This document shows, piece after piece, positions 43,901 through 56,400 of a stretch of 64,000 bases of DNA. Positions within the stretch are counted from its first letter, which is position 1. Each line of letters opens with the position of its first letter. The position numbers were made by a program, and so were the translations under genes. Under the pieces are notes generated by a model. That model was not told the DNA's origin, did not search any database, and saw only the letters and a list, made by a program, of their open reading frames with translations. Source of the DNA: Nitrospirales bacterium (GTDB taxonomy: Bacteria > Nitrospirota > Nitrospiria > Nitrospirales > UBA8639); the NCBI GenBank assembly GCA_965203295.1, contig CBDBCZ010000018.1, positions 2,496,001 to 2,560,000 on the forward strand, given 5' to 3'.

Positions 43901-44376
43901 ATTTGAAGCATAGCCAGTAGAAGTGACAAGTATATCATTGCCTTTATGCAGTGAAGGTGTGAATATGTGGTTCACTCATGCAATCACAGTCAAAATGACT
44001 TTGAAGTTTCAGCTGCATAAAGCTATAATAATATACGGTAAAGAGAGAGGCGATATGATGATATGATTCCATAAATCTATGATAATACGTTCATGCTGCT
44101 GCGCTTACCAGGTCAGGGTACGCACAGTCACTGCAGTTTACGTTGTTGATATAATATAGCACGCCCTGTGCACGAGTGCTACGTGGCATCACGTGACCAG
44201 CTATTATCGCTCGATACACGATCCGACGCTGCTGCTGCAGTAGTTTTGCTGGACCTTATCATTCAGGTTTGTGTATCCTACAGCAATACAAGTCTGACAG
44301 ATCTCATTCTGCCGGTTACCGCCGTAACATTGGTCCGGCGGCCGCCGGGTCTGCCGGACCTGTTCCTACGCCCCTG
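40971..44376 (-). mobile_element. hAT transposon (ZMYM1/PRKRIR-like, Tip100/hAT5-related)
   Basis: Perfect 14-bp TIR CAGGGGCGTAGGAA; CTACA on both flanks; internal transposase. Confidence 0.92.
41527..43696 (-). pseudogene. hAT transposase (TTF zinc finger, DUF4371-like, C-terminal dimerization domain), disrupted
   Basis: MADECTD, QCYDGAS, HCYGHALNL, PTRW, SERSFS motifs; in-frame TGA at 43294-43296 and a 1-bp frameshift near 43627. Confidence 0.9.
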
Positions 44377-44829
44377 CTACAAAATAAAGTAGCTAGTCTC
44401 TGACACATTTTTTGCTGTTAGACGTTAAGTGATAGCCATTGACATTGAAAGTCTTTGACATAGAGTCTTGCACTGTAAATTAGATTCCCTGACCATAGTA
44501 GAGTAGAATAGTAGTATACAAATAGTACAAAATGTGCAATATTATGTGTTAATTGAGTTTCCAATCCCTGTCCTTCTACTCTACTGTCTATGCCCTGACA
44601 ATGTTTGGTGGGGGTCTCTATCACAACTGCTATAACATAGTGTAACAGTTATTGCCTTGTACAACTAACTGTGGTTGCTAAGTATGCATAAGTATCTATA
44701 GCATCATGTAAACCTATTTCTTCCATGTAATAAAGAGCACAAGGCAGCAACCATTACCAAACAGAGTCAAGGAAAAGGCCTTCACAGATCGGAATCAATG
44801 AGTGTTATGAAAGAAAGGTGAGCTTAGCG

Positions 44830-46370
44830 CTCCACTGTTTCTTACAGTGTTTAAGTGCTTGAAGGGCATCGCACTTTGCACATCTACCCAGTCGTTCAGT
44901 TGTGGGGGTGATTTGAGACTTGCAGACAAGGCAAGCTAAAAACGTGTCTAGTGACAGAACAGCTGCAACCTCGACACCAGTTAGCGGCCACCAATTTATG
45001 CGAGCCACGGTCACAGGATGTGTATGCTGCTGTTGTGAATGATGATGACAAGTCTTTGAAGGCAGTTCAGAAGCTACTGATAAACACGACTGCAGAGAGG
45101 GACTACTCTGCACAGGAGACATGCCACCTTCTCCTCAATGTTCAAGGCATCGCGGGACTTCATCATTCTCTGCCCTTGCGCTGCTACCCTGCGTTCTCGC
45201 CTGCGCACATGTAAGCGCTCGTTCAATCGTTAGCCTCCCTAGCCGCGTTCAGCCGACTCACCCAACAGTCTCCGCCTTCGCCGTGCTCGCTCGTTCTGTA
45301 GCCTTCTGTCCTTCTCCACAGGGGTTTCGGCCGCACTCCTTTGTAGCGCTGTCTACACAAGTCACTCATTCTCTCTCTCCAGAGTGCACGCTCATGTTGC
45401 AGAGGATTATAAGAGTAAAGCAGTGGAAACGCGTGACAACAGTATTTGAAATAGGCATGCTAACGTTTTTACGGAATAGTCCACGCGCACGGACGGGAGG
45501 GGGGCTCGCTCGCGCTCGTTTCAAAACATGTAGTAATACAAAAGAAATAATCACGCTCGTCCCAAAAAGAGTATATAGTATAAATAAATAAATAAAAACT
45601 CGCCATAAAAGGAGTGATACAAAAAAAAAATAGTAATTCACGCTCGCCCCAAAAGGAGTAATAAAATAATAATACAACAATTATCAGTGATAGCAGGATA
45701 AACATTGTACAAAATCTGAAATAAGACTTCTACAATGTCATGCAAGTATATGCAGCACAAATGTGGCATACTCACATGAAATAAAAAAAGAACAGTTCAA
45801 CGTGTGACGACAGCTTCATCACATGTAAATAGTCACGAAGATAAAGTCTCGTCCACTTGAATCTTGACTTCCTGCTTCTAAATCAATCTTTATACTGTTG
45901 TCCAAGGTATCTGCATTTGAAATCACCACTGATGCACTCTCCGGTAGAGCTTGTAAATTTTCATTTGGGTGCTCGGATACTGTTGAGCTCCAGCCACTGC
46001 TTGTGATGTGTGTGAACTCACTACCTGCACGGCAGTATAAACATTATACAATAGTCAACATGACATTGTAATCACCCTTGTAGATGCAGTTACAGAAACA
46101 ATATAATAGAGCCAATAACGCCTCGGTACAAATCTGACTAGTACACTCTAATACGCATGCATAGCCTATTTGTAGAATCTGAATGCCAGAGCTCAGTATG
46201 TATAAAACAGTATTAGCAGAATCGATGATTATTGTTTTTGAAAGCACTGACAGGCTCATGCAGTAACACTGTGACTTACTCTCTTCTTGTACAGCCTGGT
46301 ACTTTTCTGACGTAACTTTGCCTTCTGGCTTCCTACCCTGGGTGGTAAAACAGTGTATGAAGCCGGTGAT
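44830..46370. repeat. Right arm of the inverted duplication
   Basis: + strand VQKLLINTTAERDYSAQETCHLLL (Helitron Rep-helicase linker); - strand CLVCKSQI...RCAKC (RPA-like zinc ribbon). Confidence 0.9.
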
Positions 46371-47059
46371 GTTACGAAGAATAACATGAACACTTGGCCA
46401 TCATTGTCTCTACCAAGTGAATCGGATCAGCTCAAGACTCTATTACAAGCTCTATATGCATGCCACATATCGCAGAGACCTAATGCACTAGCTGTCACCA
46501 TAGTCACTGTTCATTCCAGAGACTTTTATGCTTGCTTAACACAATGAGGTACATAAGCAGTAAATCCTTATTGGTCCTGCTCTCTATCTGTACATGATTG
46601 CAGCCATTCATGCCTTTACTCCTCTTTGAAATATCTTCAGAAACGTGTGGCCTAACCAGCAATAGAATTTGTGCAGATAGAGCCTGATTTTCGAACCATG
46701 AACCCAACAACTATTGAACCAAGGGAACAAAACTTTCAACCACTGCTCAAACTACACAGATGTACTATTACTTTATCCAATCAATGAAATGTACAAAACC
46801 AATTTTATATGTATTTTTAACTTTCCTCCAAAGCTGTGCAGCAGTATTTTCAAAGGAAACACTGATCTTTACGGACTTATACTGAAAATAATGACAGTCT
46901 CGTGTCTTCAAGACGACAAAGACTAGTTATCTACTTTTGATTCCCCCCCCCCCCCCACAAATATACAATTTAAAAGTTAGGTATGCATTACATAAAAATG
47001 TGCCAGAGACAGGACATAGCTAACAGTTGCATTAATTACTGCTTATCTGTGATGGTAGG

Positions 47060-48250
47060 GAAATCGGAGAAAAGGCGATAATGTGTGGCAAAGCGGTGAG
47101 GTGGTGGAACGGTGAGATTAAGGAGAAGATTATGATAAGGAGACTGGTTTACAAGGAGATTAGTATTAGCAGGGAAGATAAATGGGGAGAGTGTTACAAA
47201 CTATGTTCGGAAATCAAGGAATTGGTATAGATAGTTGAAATGAAGTGATTGAAAAGGCTAATAAAGATTTTCATGAAAACAGGAAAGAGTTCTTGGGCAT
47301 TTGTTGGCAGGATCTTCAAAGGGTAGTCATAAGGGTATGTTGCTTATTTGAGGGTTCATGTGTAACCAGTACCAAGGGAGTATTATGTGAGCATTATGAA
47401 AGACTGTCTACAGCATCTGCAGATGTTCAGTTTGATGGTAGCTGGAAAGAGCATGTAGGGCAGAAAGTGACAGAGTATAGTGAAATGTCTCGATTACGGA
47501 AGGTTAAGGTTTTGGACAGTGGAATTAGTTTTGCAGAAATTTAACTAAAACCTTAAAGAATAATAATGCAGGAGGTAATGATCGGCTTGTCATTAGTCTG
47601 TTGAAAGTCTAATCTGAAGTAGTTTGTACAGTGGAGACTGTTTCAAAACAAAGAGGACAAGTGTTAATTTTTAGCTTGTATAAGAAAAGTGATACTGACG
47701 GCCCGGGTAATTACAGAGGCATTACATTATTGAATGTGGGAGGAAAATTGTTCTAAACAATCGCATAGTAATCACATTAGAATAAGAAAGAGCTCTTTAT
47801 GAAGATTTAGAGAGAAAATGAGTCATGTTGATGGCATCTTTGCTCTCAATGAAATCATACCAGGTAGAATGAGGAACACTTAAGGTTTTTTTTTTTTTTT
47901 AAGTACCTGACAGAGTTGACATGATCACACAGAGTGCTGTTTTACTGAAGAGAAAAATATCTGATATAGGTCAGGGGGTGGCACAGATTTGTAGTATGTC
48001 ACCTATCTTATTTAACTCTATTAATCAGTTGTTAGATGAGGTTGAGAAGGCTGTGATTGGCATTAATATTAAGAAGGATGTTCAGATTGGGGGTCTAATG
48101 TTTGCCGATGATTTTGTAGGTTTAACTCCTAATGCTGAGGACTTACAAACATTGATTAATGTAGTACAGGGGTTTTGTAATAAATGGAGGTTGAAATCTA
48201 ACATAAAAAGAGTGTTATTATGGTATTTTCTAAAGAGGTTGATACAGGCA
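47060..48250 (+). mobile_element. Degenerate LINE reverse transcriptase region
   Basis: PGNYRGITLLN, GQGVAQICSMSPILF, LMFADDFVG; many stops. Confidence 0.85.
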
Positions 48251-49523
48251 CATGTTCTTGTTCCGAAATCTGGCTCCAGGTGGACCAAATTTAAAAGGAT
48301 TAACTACTTGATGTAGATGACCTGCTGCACGTTAGAGACTCAGGTAAATTACATAGCTGCAATCCAGCATGCAGGTATGGGGCTATTATAATATAGGTTC
48401 ATCGCGCAAAACTGCCTGGCATACACAGCGTGCCTGATGTCTACACAGAAGCTTAACATTTCAATGACAATGTTGATGCATTTTATATATCAGATGTCAA
48501 GATATATACAGTACATACTTTCCCCTATATTATACGGGCGCATACGTATGTATGTGTATCCCATAGCTGGGAGAGAGTTACGTGTACTTCATTACACTAC
48601 TTAGTGCTTACCGTTCATGCGTGGCATGTTTCATATAAAATAACCCTCTCTCAATGCAACCTTCATCATGCAAACATCAATTTACATATGACACATTGTA
48701 TTTTCATGTAATATACCATAGATAGCAGTAACATGAAGCTGTGATGGTTGAAGAATAGGCAGCCTAAAATGCTCCTGTAAATCCTCTGAAATTTGTAATG
48801 AAGCTATACACTCCAGGGATGCTGTGGAGAATACTGTGGAGAAGCCCTAACTACAAAATTTGTGGATAGGAAAATGAAAGATTGCAATCTATCATTTCTG
48901 GAAAACATTCTTTGGTTAGGGCATAGGAAGACCATTCAATGGTACTTTTGAACTCCCAAATGCAATCTTATCACAAACTGCTACTCCGCTGTTCAGTTTT
49001 TAACTGCAATTCACATCCAAAGCAATGTAGGGGCAGCCTGTGTACCCTATACTACACTGACCCTGAGTATTCACTGGCACTCACTAGAGAGCATCGGTGA
49101 TTTTCATAGAGGCTCCGCTGCGAGCCTACAAGGCTTGGATCCAAGGAGAATGATGAACAGGGTCTAGGCAAAAAAAGAGAGTGAACATCAGAGTGAAAAA
49201 TTGTACATGCATACTATATGAGGAAGGCTACTGTGCATTGCCAGGTTGATTGACAATAGCATGACAAGTGAGAATAGTTAGCTACGTGTATAATACAAGG
49301 TGCTACAAGTAAATGAATGGTTTGTAATCTGCTAAGTATGGGTCCTTGAGGACTGGTCGAACACTGCTAGGGAACGTGAAGCAGATGAGCTATCCATTAG
49401 ATTGATATTGATAGCAACTTTAAGTGAACTGAAACGTAGCCGTTTTAAAACTAACTCACTTTTCAGCTTATCAATTTAACTACAGTATGTATTTAATGGT
49501 GTTTGTAAATGTATTACTATGAT

Positions 49524-52500
49524 TCTGCACATATCTTCTTACAAAATGGAGCATACACATACTATGCACATGCCCTACAATGATGCGGTTAATTCTATAG
49601 CTGCCCTCACAAAAAAATTACCAGATTGAGAAAAAAGAAGTAAACAGGAATGTACTTACCTGATGATGATGATGATTACATAAATTTGTATACATCTAAC
49701 CAGTGCACTCCTGTTTAAACACAGCTACTCAAGTGTTAATACCATGAATGTACATACCGGTATACGTACAACTCACTGACCAGATGAATATTATGGGTGT
49801 GCAGTGAATAAGCGCTAAGGGGGCTCACTCCTCCGGCCTCAAAAGCTTTGTAAACTATAGCCGGCAGGAAGAGGGACATGAAGATCTGTGAGACAGAAAC
49901 CCAGCAACAGTACAGACATGCCTACATTCTGAAGTACAATTGTAGTTAACATAACAACAGATGAGACATTTTGGCACAGATGCAGTGTCCACTCCCTGCA
50001 GTCTCTGTTTCAGACAAAAAAAAACATGGAAGGGAGACTTGAATATAGAGGAACTGGAAGAGCATGTACGTACTTCCAAAACAGCTAGATATTCAGATCA
50101 TATTCAATCACACAGTCTTCAGAGCTGGATCGCTACCTTATGAAGGCAAAATAGCGGTGGCTACTAATGAAGGGCAGCGTCTATTCGCGGAAACACAGTA
50201 TTGATATGCACAGTGAAATTAAGAGAAAAGAACGTAGGTGTTCCTGTAAACCCCAATGTTGAATGTCGTGAATTGGCTGATTAGGATACTTACTATTACA
50301 CTGTTTAACTTTGCAGAATCCTTGAAGTAGAGGGTATATTACGTACGTATATGTATGCACATACAGTGTGAGTATGTGCCTACACATACAATGCAACAGT
50401 AGTTATGACGGTACATGTATACAGATAATGCTATCATACTTTGACAATATATACCGGTATCATTGTATTTTCTATCATTTGAATGCAATGAATGGTGTGT
50501 TCCCATGTTAGGCATTGTAGTCGTTCCAGCGCTGGTGCTAGCCATGGTGGTTAGGCTGTGATTGGTTACCAGAGTGCTGCAGCGGGAGCTTTAAAGTAGT
50601 ACAGCTGGTAGCAATATCACAGCTGCTGGCAAAGCTGACCAAAAATTTCCACAGTTCATGGTAGTTCTATCTGTACTTGTTGAGGGCTTGTGCTACCTGA
50701 GAAGGGCTTGGATCTGCGGAGTCAAAGCCAAGAGCTGGACTCAAATTGTAAGGTTTGTGATTTTAGTATGAGCAAAAGGTTACCGTTTATTTATCATCTG
50801 TACATATGATTAGCTAAGAACTGTGCTGTTATTAACTTAATAGTTGGTCGAAATGGTCTTTTTCCATCCCTCCATATGTTTTTCCTTTACTATAAGATTT
50901 ATTGTGGTAAAAGTCTTTTTTCACCTGGGTATGCTGGCCGCAAAAAAAAATTGTACCCAATTTCTTTGGCCCATGCCAGCTCTAGTTTAGTCAGTTGATT
51001 TAGTATTGTGAGTCTGCACCATGCACTCCACCTTCTGTCCATCTCCAGGCCGCAATTCTTCCCTTAGCTTGGTAAAGTACTCCCTCTCTTTCTCCACCTC
51101 TCCACACTAATCTTGCAGCCTTTGTGAATGTACAGTGAAATATGTAGAGCGATGTGTGATTGTATTGTAATCCGCTCCACATTCTCTATTATACTACGAT
51201 ACATAAATTTAAGTGCTACTGGTTATTAATGGAGTTGTTGTAGGTGTTTATCATATAATTCTTGGGATAGACTAGTTTAGTGCATGTGCAATTAATGACA
51301 ACTCATGATTATATCAATCTTTCATGTGCTATGTATGTACATAGCAAGTGGTGGGGTTGAACCTTTACAAAGATTTGCAGTGGACAGCTTTATAATGTTA
51401 ATGTCAAGAACAATCTCAGGCCCTGCGAAATACTATCATCCCCTGTATGTACAGATTTGCAAGGTATTTAGGTAACAGTACAATGTAAGATAACCTTTCT
51501 TTTCAGCTTCCAATTCAGCAAGACTGCGCTCTAACTGTGACTCAGATTCATGTCTAATCCGATCTTTTGCCTAGTAGCAGCAAAGGAAAGGGAAATAAGT
51601 TCAAATGTAATATAATCATTTACAAGTCTCACCATTTGGACAGCTTTTTGGAACACTTCAGACTCACTAATGTCTCTACTAGCTGCCACCATGAAGAAAC
51701 TGAAAATTTAAGAAGACAATTGCTATATTATTCTGTATCCAAACTGCATGGGTAAGAGTTGACTCAATTAGTCTACCAGGCTAGTAAATGGTTCGTGAAA
51801 ACTCTGCAGTTGGTTGCTGGTAGTATATGTATACATCTAACATGATCAGCTGTAATCTAGCAAAACATGCATATGTACATATCACACATACGTATGTTAC
51901 TTCTCTACATACATCAGTCACAAATGGCTTTTACATACCACTTTTTCCAGGTCTGCTATCTTGCCATACAAGGCATCTCTCTCAGCTTGAGCTGACTCAT
52001 TAGCTGTTGGTGGGCCTCCAGAACTGCTGCCTATGAAGGAGAGGTATTGGGAGAATCGTTTCAACAGCAGTAGATTCAGCACGGCAGACTTGTCTCAATT
52101 CCACCCTTCTCATTTTTTTCCTTTTGAGCTTCCTCCCTTTCTCTTACAAGCCTCTCAATTTCTTCATGACCCAAAGTATTCTCCCTATAGAAGCAATATG
52201 TAGATGTAGGCTGTATCTCAATTATCGCAAATAGCTAGTATGTTTGTACACGTGTTCTAGCTGTTGAGGTGGGTAATATCGTACTAACAGTACGAACCTG
52301 TGTTCAGGTTGTTGCTTCAACTTTGTCATCTCTTGCTGATAGGCTGACAGCAATGCTTTCTGTGACATGTCCTTGTTGATCTGCGCAGTGTTCTTGATAC
52401 TTTTTGCCCTGAGTATTCAAGTGTGGATATAGAAAGAGAATACAGCTAAGAAAGAACTGATATGAAGCATAATCAACTGTTTTAATAAGTGTAAAGAATG

Positions 52501-52790
52501 CAGATTTAGCCACTGACTCTGAATACAACACTAGGTGAGCTAGTAGTGATGGCTGCCAGCAGATATGTACACAACTCAACTGTTCGTAGTATGAAATATG
52601 TACGTGAACAGGCTGCTACATATTTGCATGTAACATTAATTGGAGAATAATAATAGCATGCTTCCCTTACACCAGAGTAAATTCTCATGGTAATTTTTCG
52701 TTGTGGGTGTAATTACGTAAAAATAAGTACTGGATACTGGTATATACGTATGTACATGCGTACCTCTGTTCTTCAAAATCTTATATTCTT
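49524..52790. repeat. Left arm of a >3 kb inverted segmental duplication
   Basis: Reverse complement of ~60080-63995. Confidence 0.9.
51939..52408 (-). pseudogene. Kinesin neck/coiled-coil exons, duplicate copy lacking the motor exon
   Basis: RAKSIKNTAQINKDMSQKALLSAYQQE...; 1-bp indel relative to the + strand copy. Confidence 0.75.
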
Positions 52791-53000
52791 TCTGCTTCTT
52801 ATGGATTCTGCTTTTTTTCAGTATAGGCATGTACTTAAATTTCTTTGTAGCATCACACATACACGTACATGTACATGTATTCTAAGATGAGATCTTTTGG
52901 ACCAACAGGCTTCAAACTAAAAGTGAAAAGTTATTCACATTTTGGTTTTCACATCATTATCCATTTTTAGTGAGCATGCAGCTGCGGCTGCTGCCATAAT

Positions 53001-53333
53001 AGAGAGTTTTCACGTGTCGTCACAGATCACATGCTCCAGTAGTATATCCGTGTCACGTTCCGTTTATGCCCATTTTTGCTCAAAGTACGACTAGATTGGC
53101 ATGTCAAACAGTGATCTCAGAAACAAGAGCTGCTAGGAACTTACGCATTCAGTATCTCCACTATCGCTGTGAGGAAGTTTCAGGCGGGATAAATTGAGTG
53201 GATCTGCCATCTAGACTACGAGTACGAGAGTAACTTCCGATGTTTATGAGTATGGCTATGTACTTTTACTGCCCACCAAAATGACGCCCTGGTAACAGTT
53301 TCTACATGCGGATGATGTCAATGAAAACTCTAT
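53001..53333. mobile_element. Small TIR element (PHIS-like)
   Basis: AGAGAGTTTTCA / TGAAAACTCTAT with AAT and ATT flanks. Confidence 0.45.
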
Positions 53334-53490
53334 ATTGCACCATGCATGCCCAAGTAGTGATTCATTACCTGCATCTCTGCTTGCCCACCATATACACCTA
53401 CTTCATAAGTAGTTCAATAATACACAGTCTTCCAAACAGCTCACAGGACATGCACTAGTCATAAATATCTAATATACATGTAAGTAGTAC

Positions 53491-55825
53491 CTTCAGCTCA
53501 ACTTCACCAACTGGTAGGATTTTCTTCAAGAGTGGTAGGACACACATCCGGTAGTAGTCCACCTGTGAAATACATGTATACGTAGGTATAGAAATCAAGT
53601 GTGTGCCACTGATGAGAGGCCCTTGGCACATGTATATTCCGGGCAGAGAGGATGGCCATACATGCAGGCTCTCAAGTGTGATTCAGGTTACTTTCTGGTA
53701 ACACCAGAGGACTCATAGCTTCTCTCAGTTCCTCGTGTGGACCCCGACACTATACTCAATTACAAGCTGTTTGAGGAGGAGGTATAACATGTACAGCATG
53801 TATGTACTCACTGATGGATCATCTGGTCCACTGGTTAGCCTAACCTCTAAGTGTGACACAAACAGAAGATTTCGCAAAAGGAGCCAGCATCATCAGAGGC
53901 TCCAAGAAGTACCCAATCGATCGCTGACAGCGGCAGTCATACTACAATTTCCCTCCCACTAGTAATCCAGGATGGTAGAACACACTATTACCTACAGTAT
54001 GAAGATGTTTGTGACCCCAGTAAGAATTACTTCATGAACATATATATAAGCAAGCTAAGGTAGATATTTGAATTGATTGCAACAGAAAACATTAACTCGC
54101 ACCCAGTACTCCAAGCCTTTTTCACCTGCAATCAAAAAAATAGCAGGTGAGAAATGCAGGGAGGGCTGGGTACAAAGAATACAATTGCTACTTCAGGCAA
54201 GTCATTGGAGCTCTCAGTTCCCTGATGCAGCAAACCACACAGAGTGAGGATGCTCACAGCAAAGAGTGAGAGTCACCACGTTCTCACTCTCTCATTACAG
54301 CCTCATTGATGATATCTTAGTAGCCTCGTACCCTGGCCTCGTAAAGGGCCCTTTGAGTGAAGGGGAACGAGGCTAATATCATAGATGACTAACACATGGC
54401 GAAAGTTGACATGTCTACTCACTTACGTACATACGGATAGATATGCTGTATATTCACACAAACGGATATGACCCATTGCATAACTTAGTGTGACAGAGTC
54501 TAATTTCGACAGAAATACTGTAGATGAGAAACTAGAATCTGATATTTATTTTTTGTAGCCAAACATACATATATACATGTACAAAATATTTACTAAAGAC
54601 AACTTTACTGGAAGTGTAATTACCCCTCGTTCCCAGTCTCCACTGCCAGCCGTTTTTGGGAAAAACAGTGGAGACCATAATAACAGCAGATCAAACACAC
54701 AAAAATTATTATATACCAGCAACCTTATCTGTTTCATTGACTTCAAACCTGGAACCATTTGTGAGTTTGTCTAGAAGTCCTGCTTCAAGCGCTGTAGATC
54801 AAATAAAACCACAGGAGCAAGCTCTTTATATGCAGCTTTACTACATGTGTAAATGGTGGGCTTATATACTGAAAACATCTGTTCATCAGTGCAGAGTATA
54901 AGCTACACATATCTGACTAGCAGCTACATGTAGTACCAACAGGCTCCCTAGCATATTAAAGCAACGGTCCTAAAGTGTTCGGAAGCAAAGATGACTGTAG
55001 TGCTTGTGTTGAAAAACCGTTCTCTTGGCAGATTACTTAAACAGCTGGCAGAGCTCACAAAAGTGGAGTGTACACTAGGCCATAACCTGCCATCTCGATG
55101 GCTTCATACATGAACAAGGAACCTACTGATCACGTATTCCGAAATAAGTGTGATTGCTGTTACACCCTGTCCAAATTTATTACAACTCAGATGTTGTTCC
55201 AAATGCACTATTCACTTCGAATTGCACTCGTAATGCAACCAGGAAGGTAAATAGCACTCGGCTTTGCCTCATGCAATTGATTCCTTCCTGGTTGCATTAC
55301 TTGTGCAATTCATCCTAAATTGCACAGCAACCCATGCTATTACGTATACAAACTGCAAGCTTTGCAAAAATTGCACAGAATGATCGTCGGAGCAGGTACT
55401 GCAGACTAGAGTAGCTCCTTGCAAATTATGGCTTGCACAAGACATTAAAGCAACGACCTTCAGGCTCAGTGAGTCTCGCCTGCAAGACTACCACCACAAT
55501 GACCTGAGCCTAGAATAATTTCTTCAACATCACTGGACACAGCTGATTAAAAAATATTCCTCTAGGCAACTATAATTTGATAATTTATTCACTACCCCCA
55601 CCCACTCACCCGTACAGTTTCCCCCAGTTGTATGAAACCTTGGGTAGTAAATTTAGTGGGTAAACTACCTTCAGTGTACATACTCAGACCTCTTAGTCCT
55701 GGTTCATCTGCATCTCCTCGTACTCTAGCTATCCTCACTGGTCGAGAGCTGAGTGTAGATAGTACTAGTCGCTGCCGAAAGTAGGTACAGCCTTCGAAAG
55801 TCAATAACTTCGATCTGGGGCCCAT
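53491..55825 (-). pseudogene. RCL1: RNA 3'-terminal phosphate cyclase-like pseudogene, first four exons
   Basis: Exons 55690-55825 (FRQRLVLSTLSSRPVRI), 54729-54791 (LLDKLTNGSRFEVNET; donor AT instead of GT), 53812-53991 (YHPGLLVGG..SIGYFLEPLMMLAPF; TAG at 53942-53944 and a frameshift), 53491-53562. Confidence 0.9.
55219..55311. repeat. Long imperfect hairpin with a GGCTTTGCC centre
   Basis: GAATTGCAC..GTAATGCAACCAGGAAGG / CCTTCCTGGTTGCATTAC..GTGCAATTC. Confidence 0.75.
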
Positions 55826-56400
55826 CTGACACCGCACCACGTGGTAAAAGCTTAGAGTGTGGCTCAACATCGGCAGCCACACCCCCAGTTCATCTCTACG
55901 CAGTACATGTCCCATGCCAGAGGCAGTGTGCTCTCCTCGCGTCTTTGCGTGAGTCGATATGTGGGGTGGTTCTGTTTTTTTTTAGATCCTATATTCCCAG
56001 CCCCAAGCCACATTTTTAATGAAGGAGACCGGGATTATTTGAGTGGCATACTGGCATAAGTATCTGGTTGAACACATTATATAGACTACTAGCTAGCGCT
56101 GTAGTGCGCAAGCTGACGCGGTATGTAGACTATGCATGTCAGGACAACAGCTTGTGGGAGTGGTAAACTAAAGCGGCATCACGACAGCTGTGCAATTATA
56201 GGAATGGATATCATCTACTTGACCATGAATTGTGCGATTCATCATAGATGGTTTCATGTACATTTCTTTAGGCCTATACCTCAGATCAAGTATATGGAGA
56301 ATGGTGTACATAGTTCCACTTCTACAATACAGCTCACCATAACATAGAGTTGTACTTGCTCATATGTATAATACTGATTGTGAATCTCACTATTAATGCA

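Noticed and set aside
48900..49165. Coding-like - strand stretch
   Set aside because: Multiple stops and no identifiable family.
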